DNA of 64,000 bases from Eledone cirrhosa (Eukaryota), in the NCBI GenBank assembly GCA_964016885.1, contig OZ024743.1, positions 201,872,001 to 201,936,000 on the forward strand, in the 5' to 3' direction. Under the pieces are notes generated by a model that worked only from the letters and a program-made list of their open reading frames with translations, made no database searches and was not told where the DNA came from. Below, piece by piece: positions 27,206 through 40,348 of the stretch. Numbering within the stretch: the stretch's first letter is position 1; each line of letters starts with the position of its first letter. Position numbers and translations under genes: made by a program.

Positions 27206-27823
27206 CAAATCCTTTAAATATTTTATGTTTATTACATCTGATAACGTCGCCAATTGCATTGCTTCATCGCTTGATGACTTAAGCCGGCCTTAGAAATATA
27301 TATTTTGTAATTGTGCAATACAAAATGAATATATAGGAAACCGGTTTTCTATTTTCATTGAAGTATTTACCTCTGTTCCTGCACCAAGCACGAGAAACCA
27401 CATCTATGATGGACAATACATATAATGTCATATGCCTGTATTATTACATCACGTTCTGTAAATCGTATTGACTAGTTTTACCCATTAGTTAAACTATCTA
27501 ATATAAACAATTGAAAACATGTCTGAGCAGGTAAAAATATATTATTTGCGTTTATGCCTGATTAGTGTCTCGTAATTTAGTGGTTTGACAAAGAAGAGAT
27601 CGATAAATTTCTTGTAAGGATTGAAAAAATAATTACTGGAGTCGGTATAATTGACATGAAGGCGGCGTTCTCGCAGAAACACTGTCTAATGACAGAAATC
27701 ATTATAACTGTGAATCGATAAAAGGAATGCTTAAATGCATATATATATATAACATCTTATTTCTCGCCCTAACACAGCTGATACATGAATGTAAGTATGC
27801 ATACGTACACATATATATCTATA

Positions 27824-27884
<61 letters not shown>

Positions 27885-27885
27885 T

Positions 27886-28689
27886 GAAAAAATGAAATTT
27901 CATTTCTCACTCTTAGTACGGCCGATACTTAAATATAAGTATGTATACGTACATACATGTATGTATACAGACGTACAGTAGTATGTATATATATACATAT
28001 ATGCACACACACACACATATATATATGTACGTATGGGTTTACCGAACATTTATATTCATTTATTATAATGTTCGGTTTGTTTGTAAACAAACAGCCCGAA
28101 TTAAGCCGTACAGTGTTCGGCAACCATCGTTGCCCTTTTGTTCAACACTGACAAAGGAACGATGAACTAGTTTCAAGCTTATTAGCTATCCTCAGCACGG
28201 TATACCTCCTGTCAGATGATTGAACGTTTGAAAGTATATACTTTCCTTATGCATATTAACGGCTGAGCAGCCTAATTTGCTTATCGAGTGAGTTAGTCGG
28301 CCGGGCGTACTGAAAACGATAATTGGAAAAAATGAAATTTCATTTCTCACTCTTAGTACGACTGATACTTAAATATAAGTATGTATACGTACATACATAT
28401 ATGTATACAGACGTACAGTAGTATGTATATATATATTCATACATGCACACACATATATATATGTACGTATGGGTTTACCAAACATTTATTATAATGTTCG
28501 GTTTGTTTGTAAACAAACAGCTCGAATTAAGCCGTACAGTGTTCGGCAACCATTTTTGCCCTTTTGTTCAACACTGACAAAGGAACGATATACTAGTTTC
28601 AAGCTTATTAGCTATCGTCAGCACCGTATACCTTCCTGTCAGATGATTGAACGATGATTATAATAAATGTTCGGTAATCCCATACGTAC

Positions 28690-28720
<31 letters not shown>

Positions 28721-29216
28721 CATGTATGTATATATATTCATACTACTGTACGTCTGTATACATATATGTATGTACGTATACATACTTATATTTAAGTAAC
28801 AGCCGTACTAAGAGTGAGAAATGAAATTTCATTTTTTCCATTTAGCATTTTCGGTACGCCCGGCGCACTAACACACACGATATGCAAATTAGGTTGCTCA
28901 CCCGTTAATATGCATAAGGAAAGTATATACTTTCAAACGTTCGATCATCTGACAGCAAGATGTACGGTGCTGATGATAGCTAATAAGCTTGAAACTAGTT
29001 CATCGTTCCTTTGTCAGTGTTGAACAAAAGGGCAACGATCGTTGCCGAACACTGTACGGTTTAAATCGGGTTGTTTGTTTACAAACAAACCGAACATTAT
29101 AATAAATGTTTGGTAAACCCATACGTACATATATATATGTGTGTGCATGTATGAATATATATATACATAATACTGTACGTCTGTATACATATATGTATGT
29201 ACGTATACATACTTAA
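27886..29216. repeat. Divergent pair of family-A retrozyme-like repeats; HHRs at 28159-28201 (-), 28585-28627 (-), 28964-29006 (+)
   Basis: Homologous to 1-477; strand switch at ~28655; ACGGTG CTGATGA TAGCTAATAAGCTT GAAA CTAG TT CATCGT. Confidence 0.87.
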
Positions 29217-29389
29217 TTTTATCGTACGGCGTTGTTTGACCCAACAAGAGGTTTCCATAGTCAGGTAGCGAGTTCGCGAGAATTCTCATGCAGGTTATTC
29301 TTGGAGTAGTAAAAGAGTGAAGAATAACATGGTCACAGCCGACCATGTTATTCTCCACTCTAAACTAAAATTTGATCGTTTCAACACTT

Positions 29390-29458
<69 letters not shown>

Positions 29459-29526
29459 AAAGTAAATAAGAACAACAAGGAGTACAGAGTTACGAAAGTT
29501 GTTAGGTAATAGGTTCACGCTTGAGA

Positions 29527-29567
<41 letters not shown>

Positions 29568-29573
<6 letters not shown>

Positions 29574-29959
29574 AGAAGCAGAAAATTGCTTATTGTGTTC
29601 CAGTTTCATGGACGGTTTCAACGTACGGTTAGGGGTAACTCCACAAGTTTGTAAGAATTCCGTTCAATCTTGGAGTATAAAGTATAAAAGAGAAAACAGA
29701 GGTAAGCATTAAGAGAAGGATTTTATCCAGGTATTTACGACCGTTTCATTGGTAAGTGCAACCTTATATTGCTATATTGCAAATAGGAGCCACTCATTTA
29801 TAATTGTTTTTCACGTCCAAATTTTCAAAATTTTGGACGTGAACAACAATTATCATTGAGTGGCTGCTATTTGCAATATAGCAACATAAGGTTGCACTTA
29901 CCAATGAAACGGTCATAAATACCTGGATAAAATCCTTCTCTTAATGCTTACCTGTGTTT

Positions 29960-29966
<7 letters not shown>
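29568..29966. mobile_element. Palindromic pLTR-like insertion with degenerate HHR between (TA)n tracts
   Basis: Imperfect palindrome 29689-29965 plus ~120-nt left tail; right arm has TTAT..TGA[stem]GAAA CGG TC ATAA. Confidence 0.6.
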
Positions 29967-30041
<75 letters not shown>

Positions 30042-30046
<5 letters not shown>

Positions 30047-33000
30047 TAAGTTAAAGATGTACATCCATATATGTATACTGAAATACTAGTATGTATATGA
30101 ATACACACACGTATACATATGTAGATGTACCAAGTTTTTTCACTGGTCACTTTACTGTGAGTGGCCAGCTATTCTGTATGTAAACACACAGACAAACCGG
30201 TTTTTAGAGTCATACTGGTTTTTGAGGAAACACCTTTCCTCTATTCTCTAGAAAGCCAGACAAGGAATATTGAACTAGTTTCGTTGTTGTTACAACTCAT
30301 CAGCAATATTTACCTATCTTCCGGCCTCTCTAGAGAATCGTAAAAGCACATATCGTTATATGCTTTTTCTATGAAAATTAGTAGTGGGCATACTAATTTG
30401 CATAGAGTGTGAGTAAGTACCGGTTCAACGGAGACGATAAAAACAAATAACGAAACGAAATTAAATTTTGTTTCATTTGTAACTCACTTTTGTATGACTG
30501 ACGCTTAAACAATTAAGTTAAAGATGTACATCCATATATGTATACTGAAATACTAGTATGTATATGAATACACACACGTATACATATGTAGATGTACCAA
30601 GTTTTTTCACTGGTCACTTTACTGTGAGTGGCCAGCTATTCTGTATGTAAACACACAGACAAACCGGTTTTTAGAGTCATACTGGTTTTTGAGGAAACAC
30701 CTTTCCTCTATTCTCTAGAAAGCCAGACAAGGAATATTGAACTAGTTTCGTTGTTGTTACAACTCATCAGCAATATTTACCTATCTTCCGGCCTCTCTAG
30801 AGAATCGTAAAAGCACATATCGTTATATGCTTTTTCTATGAAAATTAGTAGTGGGCATACTAATTTGCATAGAGTGTGAGTAAGTACCGGTTCAACGGAG
30901 ACGATAAAAACAAATAACGAAACGAAATTAAATTTTGTTTCATTTGTAACTCACTTTTGTATGACTGACGCTTAAACAATTAAGTTAAAGATGTACATCC
31001 ATATATGTATACTGAAATACTAGTATGTATATGAATACACACACGTATACATATGTAGATGTACCAAGTTTTTTCACTGGTCACTTTACTGTGAGTGGCC
31101 AGCTATTCTGTATGTAAACACACAGACAAACCGGTTTTTAGAGTCATACTGGTTTTTGAGGAAACACCTTTCCTCTATTCTCTAGAAAGCCAGACAAGGA
31201 ATATTGAACTAGTTTCGTTGTTGTTACAACTCATCAGCAATATTTACCTATCTTCCGGCCTCTCTAGAGAATCGTAAAAGCACATATCGTTATATGCTTT
31301 TTCTATGAAAATTAGTAGTGGGCATACTAATTTGCATAGAGTGTGAGTAAGTACCGGTTCAACGGAGACGATAAAAACAAATAACGAAACGAAATTAAAT
31401 TTTGTTTCATTTGTAACTCACTTTTGTATGACTGACGCTTAAACAATTAAGTTAAAGATGTACATCCATATATGTATACTGAAATACTAGTATGTATATG
31501 AATACACACACGTATACATATGTAGATGTACCAAGTTTTTTCACTGGTCACTTTACTGTGAGTGGCCAGCTATTCTGTATGTAAACACACAGACAAACCG
31601 GTTTTTAGAGTCATACTGGTTTTTGAGGAAACACCTTTCCTCTATTCTCTAGAAAGCCAGACAAGGAATATTGAACTAGTTTCGTTGTTGTTACAACTCA
31701 TCAGCAATATTTACCTATCTTCCGGCCTCTCTAGAGAATCGTAAAAGCACATATCGTTATATGCTTTTTCTATGAAAATTAGTAGTGGGCATACTAATTT
31801 GCATAGAGTGTGAGTAAGTACCGGTTCAACGGAGACGATAAAAACAAATAACGAAACGAAATTAAATTTTGTTTCATTTGTAACTCACTTTTGTATGACT
31901 GACGCTTAAACAATTAAGTTAAAGATGTACATCCATATATGTATACTGAAATACTAGTATGTATATGAATACACACACGTATACATATGTAGATGTACCA
32001 AGTTTTTTCACTGGTCACTTTACTGTGAGTGGCCAGCTATTCTGTATGTAAACACACAGACAAACCGGTTTTTAGAGTCATACTGGTTTTTGAGGAAACA
32101 CCTTTCCTCTATTCTCTAGAAAGCCAGACAAGGAATATTGAACTAGTTTCGTTGTTGTTACAACTCATCAGCAATATTTACCTATCTTCCGGCCTCTCTA
32201 GAGAATCGTAAAAGCACATATCGTTATATGCTTTTTCTATGAAAATTAGTAGTGGGCATACTAATTTGCATAGAGTGTGAGTAAGTACCGGTTCAACGGA
32301 GACGATAAAAACAAATAACGAAACGAAATTAAATTTTGTTTCATTTGTAACTCACTTTTGTATGACTGACGCTTAAACAATTAAGTTAAAGATGTACATC
32401 CATATATGTATACTGAAATACTAGTATGTATATGAATACACACACGTATACATATGTAGATGTACCAAGTTTTTTCACTGGTCACTTTACTGTGAGTGGC
32501 CAGCTATTCTGTATGTAAACACACAGACAAACCGGTTTTTAGAGTCATACTGGTTTTTGAGGAAACACCTTTCCTCTATTCTCTAGAAAGCCAGACAAGG
32601 AATATTGAACTAGTTTCGTTGTTGTTACAACTCATCAGCAATATTTACCTATCTTCCGGCCTCTCTAGAGAATCGTAAAAGCACATATCGTTATATGCTT
32701 TTTCTATGAAAATTAGTAGTGGGCATACTAATTTGCATAGAGTGTGAGTAAGTACCGGTTCAACGGAGACGATAAAAACAAATAACGAAACGAAATTAAA
32801 TTTTGTTTCATTTGTAACTCACTTTTGTATGACTGACGCTTAAACAATTAAGTTAAAGATGTACATCCATATATGTATACTGAAATACTAGTATGTATAT
32901 GAATACACACACGTATACATATGTAGATGTACCAAGTTTTTTCACTGGTCACTTTACTGTGAGTGGCCAGCTATTCTGTATGTAAACACACAGACAAACC

Positions 33001-33425
33001 GGTTTTTAGAGTCATACTGGTTTTTGAGGAAACACCTTTCCTCTATTCTCTAGAAAGCCAGACAAGGAATATTGAACTAGTTTCGTTGTTGTTACAACTC
33101 ATCAGCAATATTTACCTATCTTCCGGCCTCTCTAGAGAATCGTAAAAGCACATATCGTTATATGCTTTTTCTATGAAAATTAGTAGTGGGCATACTAATT
33201 TGCATAGAGTGTGAGTAAGTACCGGTTCAACGGAGACGATAAAAACAAATAACGAAACGAAATTAAATTTTGTTTCATTTGTAACTCACTTTTGTATGAC
33301 TGACGCTTAAACAATTAAGTTAAAGATGTACATCCATATATGTATACTGAAATACTAGTATGTATATGAATACACACACGTATACATATGTAGATGTACC
33401 AAGTTTTTTCACTGGTCACTTTACT
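30042..33425 (-). repeat. 467-bp retrozyme-like tandem array, block 1 (~7.2 units, 7 HHRs on minus strand)
   Basis: Exact 467-bp period; HHR at 30266-30310 + n*467. Confidence 0.95.
30266..30310 (-). ncRNA. Minimal type I hammerhead ribozyme (first of 7 minus-strand copies)
   Basis: Reverse complement of 33832-33876. Confidence 0.9.
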
Positions 33426-36400
33426 AGAGAATAGAGGAAAGGTGTTTCCTCAAAAACCAGTATGACTCTAAAAACCGGTTTGTCTGTGTGTTTACATACA
33501 GAATAGCTGGCCACTCACAGTAAAGTGACCAGTGAAAAAACTTGGTACATCTACATATGTATACGTGTGTGTATTCATATACATACTAGTATTTCAGTAT
33601 ACATATATGGATGTACATCTTTAACTTAATTGTTTAAGCGTCAGTCATACAAAAGTGAGTTACAAATGAAACAAAATTTAATTTCGTTTCGTTATTTGTT
33701 TTTATCGTCTCCGTTGAACCGGTACTTACTCACACTCTATGCAAATTAGTATGCCCACTACTAATTTTCATAGAAAAAGCATATAACGATATGTGCTTTT
33801 ACGATTCTCTAGAGAGGCCGGAAGATAGGTAAATATTGCTGATGAGTTGTAACAACAACGAAACTAGTTCAATATTCCTTGTCTGGCTTTCTAGAGAATA
33901 GAGGAAAGGTGTTTCCTCAAAAACCAGTATGACTCTAAAAACCGGTTTGTCTGTGTGTTTACATACAGAATAGCTGGCCACTCACAGTAAAGTGACCAGT
34001 GAAAAAACTTGGTACATCTACATATGTATACGTGTGTGTATTCATATACATACTAGTATTTCAGTATACATATATGGATGTACATCTTTAACTTAATTGT
34101 TTAAGCGTCAGTCATACAAAAGTGAGTTACAAATGAAACAAAATTTAATTTCGTTTCGTTATTTGTTTTTATCGTCTCCGTTGAACCGGTACTTACTCAC
34201 ACTCTATGCAAATTAGTATGCCCACTACTAATTTTCATAGAAAAAGCATATAACGATATGTGCTTTTACGATTCTCTAGAGAGGCCGGAAGATAGGTAAA
34301 TATTGCTGATGAGTTGTAACAACAACGAAACTAGTTCAATATTCCTTGTCTGGCTTTCTAGAGAATAGAGGAAAGGTGTTTCCTCAAAAACCAGTATGAC
34401 TCTAAAAACCGGTTTGTCTGTGTGTTTACATACAGAATAGCTGGCCACTCACAGTAAAGTGACCAGTGAAAAAACTTGGTACATCTACATATGTATACGT
34501 GTGTGTATTCATATACATACTAGTATTTCAGTATACATATATGGATGTACATCTTTAACTTAATTGTTTAAGCGTCAGTCATACAAAAGTGAGTTACAAA
34601 TGAAACAAAATTTAATTTCGTTTCGTTATTTGTTTTTATCGTCTCCGTTGAACCGGTACTTACTCACACTCTATGCAAATTAGTATGCCCACTACTAATT
34701 TTCATAGAAAAAGCATATAACGATATGTGCTTTTACGATTCTCTAGAGAGGCCGGAAGATAGGTAAATATTGCTGATGAGTTGTAACAACAACGAAACTA
34801 GTTCAATATTCCTTGTCTGGCTTTCTAGAGAATAGAGGAAAGGTGTTTCCTCAAAAACCAGTATGACTCTAAAAACCGGTTTGTCTGTGTGTTTACATAC
34901 AGAATAGCTGGCCACTCACAGTAAAGTGACCAGTGAAAAAACTTGGTACATCTACATATGTATACGTGTGTGTATTCATATACATACTAGTATTTCAGTA
35001 TACATATATGGATGTACATCTTTAACTTAATTGTTTAAGCGTCAGTCATACAAAAGTGAGTTACAAATGAAACAAAATTTAATTTCGTTTCGTTATTTGT
35101 TTTTATCGTCTCCGTTGAACCGGTACTTACTCACACTCTATGCAAATTAGTATGCCCACTACTAATTTTCATAGAAAAAGCATATAACGATATGTGCTTT
35201 TACGATTCTCTAGAGAGGCCGGAAGATAGGTAAATATTGCTGATGAGTTGTAACAACAACGAAACTAGTTCAATATTCCTTGTCTGGCTTTCTAGAGAAT
35301 AGAGGAAAGGTGTTTCCTCAAAAACCAGTATGACTCTAAAAACCGGTTTGTCTGTGTGTTTACATACAGAATAGCTGGCCACTCACAGTAAAGTGACCAG
35401 TGAAAAAACTTGGTACATCTACATATGTATACGTGTGTGTATTCATATACATACTAGTATTTCAGTATACATATATGGATGTACATCTTTAACTTAATTG
35501 TTTAAGCGTCAGTCATACAAAAGTGAGTTACAAATGAAACAAAATTTAATTTCGTTTCGTTATTTGTTTTTATCGTCTCCGTTGAACCGGTACTTACTCA
35601 CACTCTATGCAAATTAGTATGCCCACTACTAATTTTCATAGAAAAAGCATATAACGATATGTGCTTTTACGATTCTCTAGAGAGGCCGGAAGATAGGTAA
35701 ATATTGCTGATGAGTTGTAACAACAACGAAACTAGTTCAATATTCCTTGTCTGGCTTTCTAGAGAATAGAGGAAAGGTGTTTCCTCAAAAACCAGTATGA
35801 CTCTAAAAACCGGTTTGTCTGTGTGTTTACATACAGAATAGCTGGCCACTCACAGTAAAGTGACCAGTGAAAAAACTTGGTACATCTACATATGTATACG
35901 TGTGTGTATTCATATACATACTAGTATTTCAGTATACATATATGGATGTACATCTTTAACTTAATTGTTTAAGCGTCAGTCATACAAAAGTGAGTTACAA
36001 ATGAAACAAAATTTAATTTCGTTTCGTTATTTGTTTTTATCGTCTCCGTTGAACCGGTACTTACTCACACTCTATGCAAATTAGTATGCCCACTACTAAT
36101 TTTCATAGAAAAAGCATATAACGATATGTGCTTTTACGATTCTCTAGAGAGGCCGGAAGATAGGTAAATATTGCTGATGAGTTGTAACAACAACGAAACT
36201 AGTTCAATATTCCTTGTCTGGCTTTCTAGAGAATAGAGGAAAGGTGTTTCCTCAAAAACCAGTATGACTCTAAAAACCGGTTTGTCTGTGTGTTTACATA
36301 CAGAATAGCTGGCCACTCACAGTAAAGTGACCAGTGAAAAAACTTGGTACATCTACACATGTATACGTGTGTGTATTCATATACATACTAGTATTTCAGT

Positions 36401-38835
36401 ATACATATATGGATGTACATCTTTAACTTAATTGTTTAAGCGTCAGTCATACAAAAGTGAGTTACAAATGAAACAAAATTTAATTTCGTTTCGTTATTTG
36501 TTTTTATCGTCTCCGTTGAACCGGTACTTACTCACACTCTATGCAAATTAGTATGCCCACTACTAATTTTCATAGAAAAAGCATATAACGATATGTGCTT
36601 TTACGATTCTCTAGAGAGGCCGGAAGATAGGTAAATATTGCTGATGAGTTGTAACAACAACGAAACTAGTTCAATATTCCTTGTCTGGCTTTCTAGAGAA
36701 TAGAGGAAAGGTGTTTCCTCAAAAACCAGTATGACTCTAAAAACCGGTTTGTCTGTGTGTTTACATACAGAATAGCTGGCCACTCACAGTAAAGTGACCA
36801 GTGAAAAAACTTGGTACATCTACATATGTATACGTGTGTGTATTCATATACATACTAGTATTTCAGTATACATATATGGATGTACATCTTTAACTTAATT
36901 GTTTAAGCGTCAGTCATACAAAAGTGAGTTACAAATGAAACAAAATTTAATTTCGTTTCGTTATTTGTTTTTATCGTCTCCGTTGAACCGGTACTTACTC
37001 ACACTCTATGCAAATTAGTATGCCCACTACTAATTTTCATAGAAAAAGCATATAACGATATGTGCTTTTACGATTCTCTAGAGAGGCCGGAAGATAGGTA
37101 AATATTGCTGATGAGTTGTAACAACAACGAAACTAGTTCAATATTCCTTGTCTGGCTTTCTAGAGAATAGAGGAAAGGTGTTTCCTCAAAAACCAGTATG
37201 ACTCTAAAAACCGGTTTGTCTGTGTGTTTACATACAGAATAGCTGGCCACTCACAGTAAAGTGACCAGTGAAAAAACTTGGTACATCTACATATGTATAC
37301 GTGTGTGTATTCATATACATACTAGTATTTCCGTATACATATATGGATGTACATCTTTAACTTAATTGTTTAAGCGTCAGTCATACAAAAGTGAGTTACA
37401 AATGAAACAAAATTTAATTTCGTTTCGTTATTTGTTTTTATCGTCTCCGTTGAACCGGTACTTACTCACACTCTATGCAAATTAGTATGCCCACTACTAA
37501 TTTTCATAGAAAAAGCATATAACGATATGTGCTTTTACGATTCTCTAGAGAGGCCGGAAGATAGGTAAATATTGCTGATGAGTTGTAACAACAACGAAAC
37601 TAGTTCAATATTCCTTGTCTGGCTTTCTAGAGAATAGAGGAAAGGTGTTTCCTCAAAAACCAGTATGACTCTAAAAACCGGTTTGTCTGTGTGTTTACAT
37701 ACAGAATAGCTGGCCACTCACAGTAAAGTGACCAGTGAAAAAACTTGGTACATCTACATATGTATACGTGTGTGTATTCATATACATACTAGTATTTCAG
37801 TATACATATATGGATGTACATCTTTAACTTAATTGTTTAAGCGTCAGTCATACAAAAGTGAGTTACAAATGAAACAAAATTTAATTTCGTTTCGTTATTT
37901 GTTTTTATCGTCTCCGTTGAACCGGTACTTACTCACACTCTATGCAAATTAGTATGCCCACTACTAATTTTCATAGAAAAAGCATATAACGATATGTGCT
38001 TTTACGATTCTCTAGAGAGGCCGGAAGATAGGTAAATATTGCTGATGAGTTGTAACAACAACGAAACTAGTTCAATATTCCTTGTCTGGCTTTCTAGAGA
38101 ATAGAGGAAAGGTGTTTCCTCAAAAACCAGTATGACTCTAAAAACCGGTTTGTCTGTGTGTTTACATACAGAATAGCTGGCCACTCACAGTAAAGTGACC
38201 AGTGAAAAAACTTGGTACATCTACATATGTATACGTGTGTGTATTCATATACATACTAGTATTTCAGTATACATATATGGATGTACATCTTTAACTTAAT
38301 TGTTTAAGCGTCAGTCATACAAAAGTGAGTTACAAATGAAACAAAATTTAATTTCGTTTCGTTATTTGTTTTTATCGTCTCCGTTGAACCGGTACTTACT
38401 CACACTCTATGCAAATTAGTATGCCCACTACTAATTTTCATAGAAAAAGCATATAACGATATGTGCTTTTACGATTCTCTAGAGAGGCCGGAAGATAGGT
38501 AAATATTGCTGATGAGTTGTAACAACAACGAAACTAGTTCAATATTCCTTGTCTGGCTTTCTAGAGAATAGAGGAAAGGTGTTTCCTCAAAAACCAGTAT
38601 GACTCTAAAAACCGGTTTGTCTGTGTGTTTACATACAGAATAGCTGGCCACTCACAGTAAAGTGACCAGTGAAAAAACTTGGTACATCTACATATGTATA
38701 CGTGTGTGTATTCATATACATACTAGTATTTCAGTATACATATATGGATGTACATCTTTAACTTAATTGTTTAAGCGTCAGTCATACAAAAGTGAGTTAC
38801 AAATGAAACAAAATTTAATTTCGTTTCGTTATTTG

Positions 38836-38842
<7 letters not shown>
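33424..38842 (+). repeat. 467-bp retrozyme-like tandem array, block 2 (~11.6 units, 11 HHRs on plus strand)
   Basis: Exact 467-bp period, inverted relative to block 1; HHR at 33832-33876 + n*467. Confidence 0.95.
33832..33876 (+). ncRNA. Minimal type I hammerhead ribozyme (first of 11 plus-strand copies)
   Basis: AATATTG CTGATGA GTTGT-aaca-ACAAC GAAA CTAG TT CAATATT: 7-bp stem I, 5-bp stem II, palindromic stem III, GUU triplet. Confidence 0.92.
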
Positions 38843-38880
<38 letters not shown>

Positions 38881-38944
38881 AAATATGTATATATATATAT
38901 ATATATATATAAATATGTATATATATATATATATATATAAATAT

Positions 38945-39042
<98 letters not shown>

Positions 39043-39254
39043 ATGTATGTATATGTGTATGAATTTGTTTCTCATGAGTCAGTTCTTTCGTTGCTACGGA
39101 CCCCGGCTGAATTACCAGTCGCTGTCTTCATTTTGCAAAGCCCTTTAAACTGTATGTTATTATTCTGAGGTCCTAGACATTGTCGAGTGCTTGGCTGCAC
39201 TGCTGAAAGCATTCCTCGGCTTAGCAAGGGCTCTGGTTTCGAATATGCTGTACT

Positions 39255-39600
39255 TCCATTTTTATATATATATATATATGTGTATATATATACATACATT
39301 TATATACATATGTACGTATGGGTTATATCGAATATTAATAATAATGTTCGATCCATTTGTAAAGAGACGGTCCGATTTGAAGCTGTGCCGTGCAGGAGAG
39401 CGATCGTCACTTGTTTGTTCAACATTGGCTTTGAGGAACAATCATCATGTTTCTGGGTCAATCCCTTTCACCAAGACTGCATACCTCTGCCAGGCTGTTG
39501 AACGAATGAAAATACATAGTATTTTCTTAAGTACACATCGGCTGAATAGCCTCATATGCATAACGAGCGAGTTACGGTTGCCATTGCCGAATATTAAAAA
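39255..39600 (-). repeat. Old diverged copy of retrozyme-like family A with degenerate HHR
   Basis: Collinear with 28020-28320; minus strand GCAGTC TTGGTGA AAGGG..CCCA GAAA CATG AT GATTGT. Confidence 0.6.
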
Positions 39601-39718
39601 TATTTTATTTCTCGCCCTAGCACAGCTGATACATAAATGTATATGTATATATGTGTGTCTATGTATACATATATATGTCTATACATATATATATGTGTGT
39701 GTACGTGTGCATATTTAC

Positions 39719-39805
<87 letters not shown>

Positions 39806-40348
39806 CTCAGGTTAATAGGAGTTAGGTATTGTACACCCGTGTCCCATTAAGGTATTGTACACCCGTGTCCCATTAAGGTATTGGCAGCATAATAATTAGC
39901 TCTATGCTTTGGAGCAGAGCCGTATATATGATAAAGAACACAAGACCGTCTACAACATCAAAAGATTTTTATTGGCTTACAATGTTTCTTCCTTACGTAA
40001 CCGTAGGATTCGTCAGAGCTATAAAAGGGGTTTGATTAGTGTTATGGACTCTACCAACCAAACATTCAAGAACAAAGAGTAAAGAGAGTAAAGAGCAAAA
40101 GCAGGGGACGATAAGTCTAATTTTGGTACGGGATGGTGGGGTGTGGGTCCTTGTTTACTAGCGGTGGTCATACTCATTCCCGGGAGTCGAGTGGTTAGTG
40201 GAGCCATAGATGGGGTGGCGTCGATAGTAGGGTGCAGAGGGTGTGCAGAGGCTACACACACACAAAGGGCATACAATATATATATAACGGAGGAGAAAGT
40301 ACATGAGGTAATTAGAAATGGAATAAGAGTAATAATAATAATCTATAA

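Noticed and set aside
30161-38651. Eighteen identical 60-aa ORFs (MASYSVCKH...)
   Set aside because: GTG start, antisense to the ribozyme, not conserved in the homologous 420-bp family; a by-product of the repeat
30042-38842. CRISPR-like array
   Set aside because: No unique spacers, units are 467 bp, no cas genes, eukaryotic context
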